Below, one piece after another: positions 1 to 9,309 of a stretch of DNA of 64,000 nucleotides. Below the pieces are notes generated by a model. The model worked only from the letters and a program-made list of their open reading frames with translations. It had not been told where the DNA came from and made no database searches. A program made the position numbers and the translations under genes. Every line of letters begins with the position of its first letter. Position 1 is the first letter of the stretch. Origin of the DNA: Spirochaetota bacterium. GTDB lineage: Bacteria; Spirochaetota; UBA4802; UBA5550. The stretch is from contig JAKQPV010000026.1 of NCBI GenBank assembly GCA_029564515.1, positions 38,807 to 102,806 of the forward strand. The letters run 5' to 3'.

Positions 1-231
1 AGGAACAAGGACCAGCTGAAAGGCATGCCCATGAACGAGGAGATGGAGGGCCGCATCCGTCAGCAGATATTCTCCGAGAAGCTTGAGCTGAAGTCGAACG
101 CGTTCATCATAGACCTCCTCGGCGAGATCAAGGTTAACAAGGAAGGCTTCAAGAAATACATGGAGAAAATCGAAAAAGAGAAAAAGTCCGGGGAAACCAA
201 GTCGCCGGCAGCCGCGGAACCGAAAAAATAG
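1..231 (+). CDS. 3' end of a hypothetical protein (5'-truncated by the window edge)
   Basis: Frame is open from base 1 (RNKDQLKGMPMNEE...AAAEPKK*) and is followed directly by a terminator. Confidence 0.7.
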   Translation, partial: RNKDQLKGMPMNEEMEGRIRQQIFSEKLELKSNAFIIDLLGEIKVNKEGFKKYMEKIEKEKKSGETKSPAAAEPKK

Positions 232-257
232 CGTTCCGACACCCGCAATGACATCTG

Positions 258-286
258 AAAGGCCCCGCTGAAGCGGGGCCTTTTTT
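258..286 (+). terminator. Rho-independent terminator
   Basis: AAAGGCCCCGC-TGAA-GCGGGGCCTTT followed by a T tract. Confidence 0.85.
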
Positions 287-429
287 ACGCCGGGAATCTC
301 CCGGACGATTTTTTGAGTGCCTCGCCCCGCTTTTTTTTATTGACATTATCGGTGAATACGGCAATCTTACAACGATGAGAGCAAGTCTCTGCAGAGGATC
401 GGAGCGGTCCAGACAGACCCGGGTTACGT

Positions 430-547
430 TGTCATCGCGAGCGCGGCGAAGCGCCCTTCGACCTCGCTCAGGGACCAAACGGTTGCCGAGCGGAGTCGAG
501 GCATGCTTCGTCGCCCTCGAAAAAAACGAGGGCTCCTCGCAATGACA
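430..547. repeat. Nested REP/MITE-like palindromic element
   Basis: Outer inverted ends TGTCATCGCGAG / CTCGCAATGACA (11/12 match); inner hairpin CCCTTCGACCTCGCTCAGGGACC-AAAC-GGTTGCCGAGCGGAGTCGAGGC at 454-502. Confidence 0.65.
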
Positions 548-625
548 TGCTATGCGTAGACGGGCAGTGTATTTCATGCAGACTAAAGGGCCCTGCGGCC
601 TTAACGATCACCGAGGAGCATATCC

Positions 626-1183
626 ATGCGAACAATAACGACAACGACGATCATCTTCTGTTCCGCGCTGTTAATCGCCACCTCGTGCGGCACGGCCGGA
701 CCGGTGAAGTACCTGGCGCGACCGATACCCGCCAATTCAGCCGTTGCCGTCATCGTTGACGCGCCGAACAAGGTTAAAAACGTAATCATGGCGCGGTTCT
801 TGCAGCGGGGCTTCGCGGTGAAGGCAGTCAACGCGTCGGACTTCTACTCGATCAACGACGTGTTCGACATCCGCGACTTCAAGAAGGTCTCCTACATCGG
901 CCAGGACGAAAACTTTCTCTCGCTTGAGAAGACCTACAACAACCTGTTTAAAATGCACTATTACAACTACGAGGCCAACAAGGCCGAGGTGCTGGCGGAC
1001 CTGAGAAACAAATGGAACGTGCAGTACCTCATACTCCTGGAAGTGACGGGGGTCGGCGGCGCCTGGGGACGGGCAATCGACCTCAGGACCAATGACATCA
1101 TGTGGATCGAGAACTTCGGCATCGGCGGCGGTGCCGAGCAGATCGTCGACCGCATGATCGACAGCATGACCGGAAAGCGATGA
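626..1183 (+). CDS. Hypothetical lipoprotein
   Basis: GAGGAG RBS; signal peptide with lipobox-like LLIATS|C; ATGA overlap with the next gene. Confidence 0.8.
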   Translation: MRTITTTTIIFCSALLIATSCGTAGPVKYLARPIPANSAVAVIVDAPNKVKNVIMARFLQRGFAVKAVNASDFYSINDVFDIRDFKKVSYIGQDENFLSLEKTYNNLFKMHYYNYEANKAEVLADLRNKWNVQYLILLEVTGVGGAWGRAIDLRTNDIMWIENFGIGGGAEQIVDRMIDSMTGKR

Positions 1184-2208
1184 AGCGGGCCTGCCTACCG
1201 GTCGCGACGCTGCTTCTCGTTATCGGCGTGCTTGCGGCACGGGCCGAAGCGGCGCCGAGCATGGCGTTCGGTTACCTCGTCAATAAATCAAGCGACGCGA
1301 ACTACGATTACCTCGAAACGCTGTTCCCCAACTCGTTCGCCAACGCGCTGCGCAATATTTTCTACGTATCCATTATCAAGCCGGCCCAGATCGACAAGGA
1401 GCTCGGGAAGGACGGCCTCTCTCTGCAGAAACGGTACAAGCCCCACGAACTGATGGAACTGACGGAGAGGATCTCCGCCGATTATTTCATCTACGGGGAA
1501 TTCGACATACTTCCGAACGACCGCATCAGGATCGAGCTGAACCTGTACGGGAGGGGCCTCAACAGGATATTCACCTTTTCGAACGTCGGCGCCATGGAGA
1601 AAGAGATTTTCAGGCTCGTGGACCGGATTACGCTGATAATGATGGATTTCATGGGCAAAAACAATTTCTATCTTTCAAGGATCATCCCCCGGGGATCGAA
1701 GCTCGGCATACTGACCGACCTTGAGGGAGCGGACCTCAACTACCTCTTCTGCTCGTTCCTGAACGCGGGGTACGGCGTCGCGAGTATGCAGGCCAATTAC
1801 CTCGGCAACAGCCTGACCGCGGACATGATCGAAAGATTCAAAACCATTGAGGCGACGGAAACCTCGTACCGGAGGGTCTCGAACCCGGAGGCGGTGCGGT
1901 TCCTGCACGGCACCTGGACCGGAGAGCGGTATTACGAGGAGATAGGCTACACCAGGGAAGCCTACCGGATATACGACACCGGATACCTGGGCACCAGGAG
2001 CGCGGTGCTGAACAGGCTCGTCGCCCGGCACGGCATTGACATGCTGCTGGTCATCGGCTTCAACGCCTCCAGGACCAGGGCATGGGTGCGCTGTCTTGAC
2101 ATTAAAAACAACGACCTCATATGGATGCAGTCGAATATAGGGGGCGGCCTGCCCGGTATATGCTCCGCCATACTTGCCCGCATGAGCACCGAGTTGACCC
2201 GGAAATAG
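1180..2208 (+). CDS. Hypothetical exported protein; C-terminal half similar to the upstream lipoprotein
   Basis: Start moved to MKRACL at 1180 (ATGA coupling); signal peptide ending ARAEA; shared C-terminal motif AW.R..D...ND..W......GGG. Confidence 0.75.
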   Translation: MKRACLPVATLLLVIGVLAARAEAAPSMAFGYLVNKSSDANYDYLETLFPNSFANALRNIFYVSIIKPAQIDKELGKDGLSLQKRYKPHELMELTERISADYFIYGEFDILPNDRIRIELNLYGRGLNRIFTFSNVGAMEKEIFRLVDRITLIMMDFMGKNNFYLSRIIPRGSKLGILTDLEGADLNYLFCSFLNAGYGVASMQANYLGNSLTADMIERFKTIEATETSYRRVSNPEAVRFLHGTWTGERYYEEIGYTREAYRIYDTGYLGTRSAVLNRLVARHGIDMLLVIGFNASRTRAWVRCLDIKNNDLIWMQSNIGGGLPGICSAILARMSTELTRK

Positions 2209-2355
2209 CCTCCGGGCGCTATTGGTGGTTGACAAATAAGAAACCCGGTCGTACATATGGCACGTAAGCGGCCTGCCCGTCGTCAGGCAATAGTATTTTT
2301 GAAACATTATCGCGATCTCGCGTTCAAATAGATATCCATACCAGGGGTTTTCCTG

Positions 2356-2979
2356 ATGAAAGTTTTAAAGCTTGTGGCGCTCATGTTCATTCTCGCGATT
2401 GCCGGCTGCGGTAAAGAAGACGAGGATTCCATCATACCGGGTTACCTGTCGCCGGGCGAATTCCGGCCCAAGGGCATACTCACGGAAAAAGCATATACCC
2501 TGACGGACGGGACCCTGGTGGGATACGGCAACTGTTCCGGCGAAGAATGCCTGGCGGTATACGCGTTGTGGGTCGTCAACAACTACCCGGTAGAAGGGGT
2601 CGCCATCAAGGACGACGATACGGTCGATTCACGGCTGTTTATGAAGATAACGCGCGTCAAGTTCGGGTCCTGGTCGATCAAGCTGACCTTCAATGGTATC
2701 GAATACAACGGGGCTGCGAGCGCCTCCGACATCACGCTGGATATCTGCAACACCGCCACGCCGACCTTCCCGGCCTATCCGGATGTAGATGATAATGGTA
2801 TACCGGACACACCTGATGGGTTCACTGCTTCCGATTCGACCCTGGCGAGGGCCACGCTGACGGTCGTCAACCCCGTCGCGCTGCAGACCGACGATAAAAC
2901 CGGGACGATCAATCTCAATCCGGGAGACGAGATAGTAGCCCATGCCTTCAACGGGTTTTCAACGTCAACCTGCCCGTAG
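2356..2979 (+). CDS. Hypothetical lipoprotein
   Basis: MKVLKLVALMFILAIAG|C lipobox; TTGACA at 2229 upstream. Confidence 0.75.
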   Translation: MKVLKLVALMFILAIAGCGKEDEDSIIPGYLSPGEFRPKGILTEKAYTLTDGTLVGYGNCSGEECLAVYALWVVNNYPVEGVAIKDDDTVDSRLFMKITRVKFGSWSIKLTFNGIEYNGAASASDITLDICNTATPTFPAYPDVDDNGIPDTPDGFTASDSTLARATLTVVNPVALQTDDKTGTINLNPGDEIVAHAFNGFSTSTCP

Positions 2980-3068
2980 CAGGCCGCCCGGGTGTTTCCC
3001 CGGACCGGTACCGGCAGCGGTACAGTGGCCGGGAGAGACGGCCCGCCCATTACGATATGAGCACCGCC

Positions 3069-3704
3069 ATGAAAAATAACAGATTCACACTGTTGCTCGC
3101 CGCAGCGCTCGCCCTGACGTTCACGCTCCGAAAGCCGGCAGACGCCAGGATCTACAAGCGGGTGATGCCGGACGGCACGATCGAGTACTACAATAAAAAC
3201 GAGGGCGCGCCGGCCCGCGGCCGCACGATGAGCCGCACCGTCGCGAGCAGGTTCGACGGGCTCATCGAGCGGGTATCCGCAGTGCACGGCATTGACCCGC
3301 AGCTCATCAAGTGCCTCATCAAGGTCGAGTCGGACTTCAACCCGGAGGCGGTATCCTCGGCCGGCGCAATGGGGCTGATGCAGATCATGCAGGAAACGGC
3401 CGGTTACTACTACCTCGAAAATCCATTCGACCCGGAGAAGAACGTCGAAACCGGCGTCCGCCACCTGAAATCGCTCCTTGACTATTTTAAAAACGACGTG
3501 CCCCTTGCCCTGGCCGCTTATCACGCCGGCATAGGGAGGGTTAAGAAGAGGATGGCTCTGCCGCCGATACAATCAACGATCGACTATGTCAACACGATCA
3601 TGTATCTCTGGACGGGCGAGAAAAAAAGTTATTCGGAAACCGCGGTACGGAGGCTGTACAGGAGAATAGAGAGCGACGGTACGATCGTGATCTACAGCAA
3701 GTAG
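3069..3704 (+). CDS. Soluble lytic transglycosylase (SLT domain) with DUF4124-like motifs
   Basis: SLT motifs IKVESDFNP, AMGLMQIM and LALAAYHAG; signal peptide; alternative start at 3057. Confidence 0.9.
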   Translation: MKNNRFTLLLAAALALTFTLRKPADARIYKRVMPDGTIEYYNKNEGAPARGRTMSRTVASRFDGLIERVSAVHGIDPQLIKCLIKVESDFNPEAVSSAGAMGLMQIMQETAGYYYLENPFDPEKNVETGVRHLKSLLDYFKNDVPLALAAYHAGIGRVKKRMALPPIQSTIDYVNTIMYLWTGEKKSYSETAVRRLYRRIESDGTIVIYSK

Positions 3705-3714
3705 TGTTCCGCGG

Positions 3715-4725
3715 TCACTTGACCAGCTCGTCCCCGCCTTTCAGATCGATAATGCCGTTGTCGTCCAGGTTTCTCATGATCGCGACGATCTTGTTGCGGC
3801 TGTCATTAACCTCCGAGCGCCGTACCGCCCCCATGGCGTTCATATCTGACAGGATGTCGGTCGCCCGGTTCTGGCTCATGTTACGCAGGAACTTGAAGCG
3901 CACGTCGTCCTCCGCACCCTTGAGTGCCGTCGCGATCAGGCGGTCGTCGCCGATCTCGTCTATCAGTATGCGCATCTCGTTGTTGGTAAGATGGGCCGCG
4001 TTCTCAAAGGCGAATATCTTGTCCCTGATCTGTTCGGAAACGCTCGGCATCTCGATTTCCAGATCCTCGACGATCTTCTTCTCATCGTCGCCGGGCATAT
4101 GCCTCAGGATGCCGATCAGCGTGTCAAGCCCGCCGGCGCTGAGCCCCTGGTTCTTCTGCCGGTATTCCTGGTATTTCTTCTTGATGGTGCGCACGATCCC
4201 GGCGACCGCCTCCGGCATGACCCGGTCCATCCGCGCCATCCTGAGCGCCGTTTCCTTTGTCGCCTCGGGCGAGAGAGACTTCATTACCGCGGCCGCCTTT
4301 TCCGGCGCAAGGAAGGACATTGCCACCGCGATGGTCTGCGGGTGCTCGTCTTTCAGGAACGCGATGAGCGCCGCATCCTCGATCTCGTTCAGCGCGGCAA
4401 ATTCCTTGTCCACGTCGATATTTTCGCACTTCCTTAATATTTCGTCCGCCCTGGTCTCGCCGTAGGTCTTGGTGAGTATTGCGCGCGCGGTCTCCTGCCC
4501 GCCCCGCAGGCGCCTCTTCTCCTTGCGGAGGTCGATCAGGAATTCGCCGATCAGCTCTTCCCGCTCGACGGGCGAGAGGCGGTCTATCTTCGCTATGGCC
4601 GCGGTCAGCTTTTCGATGCTCTCCTCGTCCAGATGCTTCATGATCTCCGCGGCCACCTTCGGCCCCAGGGCGACCAGGAGGGCCGCGGCACGCTCCACGC
4701 CGCTCATGTCGAATATATCTTTCAT
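3715..4725 (-). CDS. fliG: Flagellar motor switch protein FliG (stand-alone paralog)
   Basis: RAAALLVALG, EHPQTIAV and LKGA...FLRNMSQ...GAVR motifs; 336 aa. Confidence 0.9.
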   Translation of the reverse strand: MKDIFDMSGVERAAALLVALGPKVAAEIMKHLDEESIEKLTAAIAKIDRLSPVEREELIGEFLIDLRKEKRRLRGGQETARAILTKTYGETRADEILRKCENIDVDKEFAALNEIEDAALIAFLKDEHPQTIAVAMSFLAPEKAAAVMKSLSPEATKETALRMARMDRVMPEAVAGIVRTIKKKYQEYRQKNQGLSAGGLDTLIGILRHMPGDDEKKIVEDLEIEMPSVSEQIRDKIFAFENAAHLTNNEMRILIDEIGDDRLIATALKGAEDDVRFKFLRNMSQNRATDILSDMNAMGAVRRSEVNDSRNKIVAIMRNLDDNGIIDLKGGDELVK

Positions 4726-4744
4726 CGGTTAACCCTCAAAAATC

Positions 4745-4986
4745 TCTCGCAGAGGCACAGAGACGCAGAGTTTGATAATCATGACCCTAAATATACATCA
4801 AACGGTTTGTGTTGCAATAATAATATTCTTAAAATTAATGATTATTAATTCCTTGTTGCGGTGCAAAGATGAAGAATTTGCCGATCCACTTACTTTAAAA
4901 TATATGAAACATTTAGTACCTGAAACAAATAAGTTGCCGGTAAAAGCCAACCCTCGTTTCCTCTGCGCCTCGGCGACTCCGCGAGA
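4745..4986. repeat. Imperfect 26-bp inverted repeats enclosing an AT-rich spacer (MITE-like)
   Basis: TCTCGCAGAGGCACAGAGACGCAGAG (4745-4770) vs CTCTGCGCCTCGGCGACTCCGCGAGA (4961-4986), 21/26 inverted match. Confidence 0.6.
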
Positions 4987-4994
4987 ACATTTTT

Positions 4995-5915
4995 TTAAAC
5001 TTTCTCGCTTACAGGAGATTGTTCTTTTTTACTCCCTGACTTTTCCAGGTATTTCTTCGACTTCTCAAGCGGATTGATGACCGGCACCGGACAGACGTAC
5101 ACGCACCGGTAGCACTGTATGCAGATATCGTAATCTATGTGCGCGCAGAAATTCGTCACCGTAATGGCGGGTACGATCGTCGCAGGGTCCGTGCCGGGAG
5201 ACCGGGCGGCGAGCGCCTCGCGGCACGCCTTCTCGCAGAGCTTGCAGGCTATGCAGCCGACCGAGCACCCCTGCTTCATGACCGGCGCCTTTTCCTCGTT
5301 GATGCACATCACGTAAATGTCGTTGTCGCGCGGCGTGAGGCTTATGATGGCGCGGGGGCATGCCGCCACGCAGAGGCCGCACCCGGTGCAGAGCCCGGCA
5401 TTGACCACCGGAAGACCGTTGGCGCTCATGGTAATCGCTCCGAAGGGGCAGGCCCTCTCGCAGTCGCCGAAACCCAGGCAGCCGTACCGGCAGGTCTTGA
5501 ACCCGCCCATGGTGCCGTTAGCCGCACCGCAGTCGCGCGGGCCGCTGTATTCGAAGCGGTTCGTCGTCTCGGCCCTGCCGCCGCGGCAGTGAACGCGGGC
5601 CGTGAGCGGCATCATGCCGCCGCCATACGCCACCTCCATGACATCGGCGATTTTCCGCGCCACGTCATCCCCCCCGACCGGGCATAAATTGATCGCGAAC
5701 TTGTCCTCGACAATGCGGGTCGCGTACGCCGAGCACCCGGGCATGCCGCAGGCGCCGCAGTTGGCGCCCGGGAGCGCCTCGAGCACTCGCTCAACGCGGG
5801 GGTCTTTTTTTACCCGCAGCAGCCGCAGCGCGACGGACAGCAGCAGTCCGAACAGCAGGGCGAGCGCCGTCACCAGAGCCACCGCAGGTATTGAGGGGAA
5901 TATCGTTTCGATCAT
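4995..5915 (-). CDS. rnfB: Rnf electron transport complex subunit B-like polyferredoxin
   Basis: N-terminal TM helix; LPGANCGACGMPGC...CPVGG; CRYGCLGFGDCERACPF; further CxxCxxCxxxCP motifs. Confidence 0.85.
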   Translation of the reverse strand: MIETIFPSIPAVALVTALALLFGLLLSVALRLLRVKKDPRVERVLEALPGANCGACGMPGCSAYATRIVEDKFAINLCPVGGDDVARKIADVMEVAYGGGMMPLTARVHCRGGRAETTNRFEYSGPRDCGAANGTMGGFKTCRYGCLGFGDCERACPFGAITMSANGLPVVNAGLCTGCGLCVAACPRAIISLTPRDNDIYVMCINEEKAPVMKQGCSVGCIACKLCEKACREALAARSPGTDPATIVPAITVTNFCAHIDYDICIQCYRCVYVCPVPVINPLEKSKKYLEKSGSKKEQSPVSEKV

Positions 5916-6047
5916 GGTGGTGTCTTAAAAAGGCCTTTATTAACGGATAAGGGTAATTTATGCTTGAAAAAAATCAATTATTTATTTTTTTATATAGAAT
6001 CCGCCGCACGCGGCATCCGATTCTATAATTGTACGCACGGGACCCCT

Positions 6048-6704
6048 ATGCTGAAGCATGATATTGAAAAAACCTATCGGACCGAGATCATAACCGCGAT
6101 CAAGAACAGGAGCGACCTGGTGTTTATCACCTACTCGGGCCTGGAGGACACGGAGGAGAAGATCAAGTTCGCCCTCGCGAAAATACTCGAGCGGTCCAGG
6201 AAGGAAGAGCTGTTCACCCCCATCATTTCATGCATAAAAGAGCTGATCGCCAACGCCACCAAGGCGAACGCGAAGATGATACTCATAAATGAGGGAAAAA
6301 TCAAACAACTGGACAACCCTATCGAGGTGGTCAGGCAGATCAGGATGGTTCTGAACGAGGAAGCGCTTCTCGAATACGGGATAAAGGCGAAAATGAACAA
6401 GCTGTCGACCAGGACCTACCTGAAGGTGCACGGCAACAACCTGATGATCGAGGTCATCAATAACGTGCCCCTGTCCGAAAAGGAGCAGAAAAAGATCAAC
6501 GAGAGGATCGAGGTTTCCTCGAAATACGATAATATCGCCGAATTTTACATGGAAAACCCGGACCCCGAGGCGGAGGGAATGGGACTGGGACTGTCCATGG
6601 TCGTTATTCTTCTTAAAAACATAAACATTTCCCATAAGAACTTCATCGTGACTACCGACGGGAAGAGCAAGACATACGCGTCGATCCTCGTCCCGCTTAT
6701 CTAA
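6048..6704 (+). CDS. Histidine-kinase-like ATPase (HATPase/anti-sigma-like) domain protein
   Basis: N-box KELIANATKAN and G-box EGMGLGL; no HisKA segment; start uncertain (track gives 5964). Confidence 0.65.
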   Translation: MLKHDIEKTYRTEIITAIKNRSDLVFITYSGLEDTEEKIKFALAKILERSRKEELFTPIISCIKELIANATKANAKMILINEGKIKQLDNPIEVVRQIRMVLNEEALLEYGIKAKMNKLSTRTYLKVHGNNLMIEVINNVPLSEKEQKKINERIEVSSKYDNIAEFYMENPDPEAEGMGLGLSMVVILLKNINISHKNFIVTTDGKSKTYASILVPLI

Positions 6705-7645
6705 ACCATGCGGTAAAACTCACCCCGCTCGAGCCGCTCGACCGTGACCATGCCGGCCTCCGTCATGGACGCGAGCGCGGCCCGGAGCTCCTCCCCGGTA
6801 GCTCCCAGCGCGGTCATGAGGTCCTCGATGGTCGACGGCCGCCTCCTCAGAATCGACACGATCTCTTTCACCAGGTTGCCCGTCTTCCCTTCCGCGGGGC
6901 CGCGCGACGCCGGCTTGCCGATTACCTCGACCGGCAACGGCCGGAAAAACTCGGCTATTGCGTCGAGCTCGGCGTGCCCCAGCGGACTGACCCACCCCGC
7001 CGCACCGGGCCGGTCCAGGCTGTTGATCTGGACCATGTCCGGAGCGATCACGACGCAGGCCTCCCTGAGCAGGGCGAGCTCCTCCGGCGTATCGTTCACG
7101 CCCGGCACCACGAATATCTCGAGATAGAGCTTACCCGTGAACTCTTTTCTGAACTCGACGAGCCCCCGGATGACATCCTCCGGCGTGATGCCCGCCCCGG
7201 GCCGGCATATCCGGGCGAAGGCCTGCCTGCTCGCCGCGTCGAGCGAGGGCACGACGATGTCCGCGCGCGCTATGGAGCGCCGCACCGCCGGGTCCCGCAG
7301 CATGGTCCCGTTGGTGAGCACTGCGACGCGGTAGCGCGGGTACCGGTCCTTGATGTGGTCGATGATGCGCCCGATACCCGAATGGAGCGTGGGCTCGCCC
7401 GAGCCGGAGAAGGTGATCACGTCCAGGCGGGGCGACGCGGCGCAGTACCCGTCCAGCTCCGCTATGACCTCGTCGGTGGGAACGTACTCGGCGACGGCGG
7501 AGGTCAGGTCCGTTGTGTCGCCGCACTCGCAGTAGACGCAATTCAGGGAGCAGGTTTTGTACGGGACCAGATCGACCCCGAGCGAGACGCCCAGCCGGCG
7601 CGAATTGACGGGCCCGAAGAGATACTTCATGGCGCGGCCGGTCAC
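6701..7645 (-). CDS. Radical SAM protein (COG0731/TYW1-like Fe-S oxidoreductase) with C-terminal HTH-like region
   Basis: FGPVNSRRLGVSLGVDL, CSLNCVYC and TFSGSGEPTLH. Confidence 0.9.
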   Translation of the reverse strand: MTGRAMKYLFGPVNSRRLGVSLGVDLVPYKTCSLNCVYCECGDTTDLTSAVAEYVPTDEVIAELDGYCAASPRLDVITFSGSGEPTLHSGIGRIIDHIKDRYPRYRVAVLTNGTMLRDPAVRRSIARADIVVPSLDAASRQAFARICRPGAGITPEDVIRGLVEFRKEFTGKLYLEIFVVPGVNDTPEELALLREACVVIAPDMVQINSLDRPGAAGWVSPLGHAELDAIAEFFRPLPVEVIGKPASRGPAEGKTGNLVKEIVSILRRRPSTIEDLMTALGATGEELRAALASMTEAGMVTVERLERGEFYRMV

Positions 7646-9309
7646 TTCCTCTTCATGAGGTTAATGACAATGTCAAGCGTGATGTAATCGTCGATCTTCC
7701 GGCTGACCGCGGAGAGCTCCTGTATCTTGTCGACGAACCCGCCGATCTCCCGGCTCCTGTTACCGTACAACAGTAAAATAGCGCCGAAAAAACTCTCCTT
7801 CTTCAGGGCCGTCAGGAAAAAGACATTTTCACCTATCGTGCGCGGCGCGCCGCCCGAAAGCTGGATCTGCGAGGTTTCCTTTCCCGCCATCGCGGCGGCC
7901 AGCAGCTCCGCGTCGTTTGCCATGTAGAGCCCCCGCTTATCGCGGCTGATGTACGTCTTGCCGCTCTTAGCCCCGTAGTACCAGTAGGCCTTTGAGCCGC
8001 CGATCGTCGCGGTGCCGAACCTCTCGGTCCCCTTGTACTGCTCTTTCAGGTAGGCGGCAGCCTTCTCGAGTATCTTCTCGCTCCGGCCCGCGTCGTTCAT
8101 GGGCAGGTAGAGCGCGTACCCGCTGCCGGCGCCCTTCGGTTCGCCGGTCACCAGGTTCACGACGCCGCTGAACGACGGCACGATGTCCGCCTGGAAGTCG
8201 AGCCCCAGGTCGCTCTTCACCCGCTCCTTGAACGCCGCATACTGGCTGCAGCCCGGTGCGTTGCTCCCGCACAGTTCCTCGATCCTGGCAAAGTCGAGCG
8301 ACGCGAATATCAGGGCCGTCGCGTTTTTGACCGAAAGGGCCCGGCCGTTCAACCCGGTTTTGATCACGTCCAGGTAGGTGTTCACGGTCCCGCTTGTCCT
8401 GTTGAACTTTACGGCAAGGTCGACATCGATGGCGGTCGGTTTGACCGAAGCCCCGAGGAAGGCGTAGTCCATCGCGTTGAAAAGCGAGGGCCCGGAGGAA
8501 AGCCTGTCCCGCTCCGAATCCGCTGCGGCATACCGGAGGCCCTCCGCCGGCGCATTATAGCGCGATACCGGCTTGTCGCTCTTCGGCTCCTTCCTGTCAT
8601 CGGCAGGCTTCGCGCGCTCCTTCATTATCTCCTTTAAGAAATCGCGCGATGCGAACGCGCGCAGGTCATAGTTCTTTCTGTTTTTATCAAGGGAGTCGAT
8701 ATACCCGGGATCCAGGGCGAGGTAGCCCTCGTTCTTCATTTTCGCGTCAATGACGCTCCTGACGATTTCCCCGGTCGAGCCGATGACGAACACGCCGTCA
8801 AGCGCCGTGGTGAAGACGTCGCGCCTGATCTGGTACATCGTGTAATCGCCGTACTGCGTGATGACCGGGTACACGTCGGCCGTCTCGCTCCCGGCCGTCT
8901 TTTTCAGCAGCTCGACGAACTTCAGGGGAAAGGTCTTTTCGTCCATGACCGGCAGGAAAAAAAGCATGCGGTCCTCGCCCCGGCTGCCGCTCTGATACAT
9001 GGCGAAGCTCACCGACCGGCTGACATCGATCCCGGCTTTCTCCAGCGAGGCCACATCGAGTATGTCGAAGCCGGTCCTGTTCTTCATGGCGTCGGTCTTT
9101 TTCTTCATGGCCCCGGCCGTCTCGTCGGAGAGCAGGTTGTCGGACACGAACTTCAGGGAGACCAGGAAGTTCCTGATCCGGGAGGTCTTGAGGAACAGCA
9201 TCACGTTCCTGGGCGTTATCGATTCCACCGTGTCCGCCCGCTCCTGGGGATAGACCCCGGATACGAGGGCAATGGACGCGATAAGTGTGAAAAGCACGAT
9301 CTTTTTCAT
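7642..9309 (-). CDS. Hypothetical exported protein
   Basis: Start moved to MKKIVLF (signal peptide); long ORF coupled to the radical SAM gene. Confidence 0.75.
   Translation of the reverse strand: MKKIVLFTLIASIALVSGVYPQERADTVESITPRNVMLFLKTSRIRNFLVSLKFVSDNLLSDETAGAMKKKTDAMKNRTGFDILDVASLEKAGIDVSRSVSFAMYQSGSRGEDRMLFFLPVMDEKTFPLKFVELLKKTAGSETADVYPVITQYGDYTMYQIRRDVFTTALDGVFVIGSTGEIVRSVIDAKMKNEGYLALDPGYIDSLDKNRKNYDLRAFASRDFLKEIMKERAKPADDRKEPKSDKPVSRYNAPAEGLRYAAADSERDRLSSGPSLFNAMDYAFLGASVKPTAIDVDLAVKFNRTSGTVNTYLDVIKTGLNGRALSVKNATALIFASLDFARIEELCGSNAPGCSQYAAFKERVKSDLGLDFQADIVPSFSGVVNLVTGEPKGAGSGYALYLPMNDAGRSEKILEKAAAYLKEQYKGTERFGTATIGGSKAYWYYGAKSGKTYISRDKRGLYMANDAELLAAAMAGKETSQIQLSGGAPRTIGENVFFLTALKKESFFGAILLLYGNRSREIGGFVDKIQELSAVSRKIDDYITLDIVINLMKRK

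Noticed and set aside
2258-2275. TGGCACG possible sigma54 site
   Set aside because: No TTGC -12 box at the required spacing.
4772-5077. 101-aa ORF across the AT-rich insert
   Set aside because: No RBS or motif; it runs through the repeat and is antisense to the rnfB 3' end.
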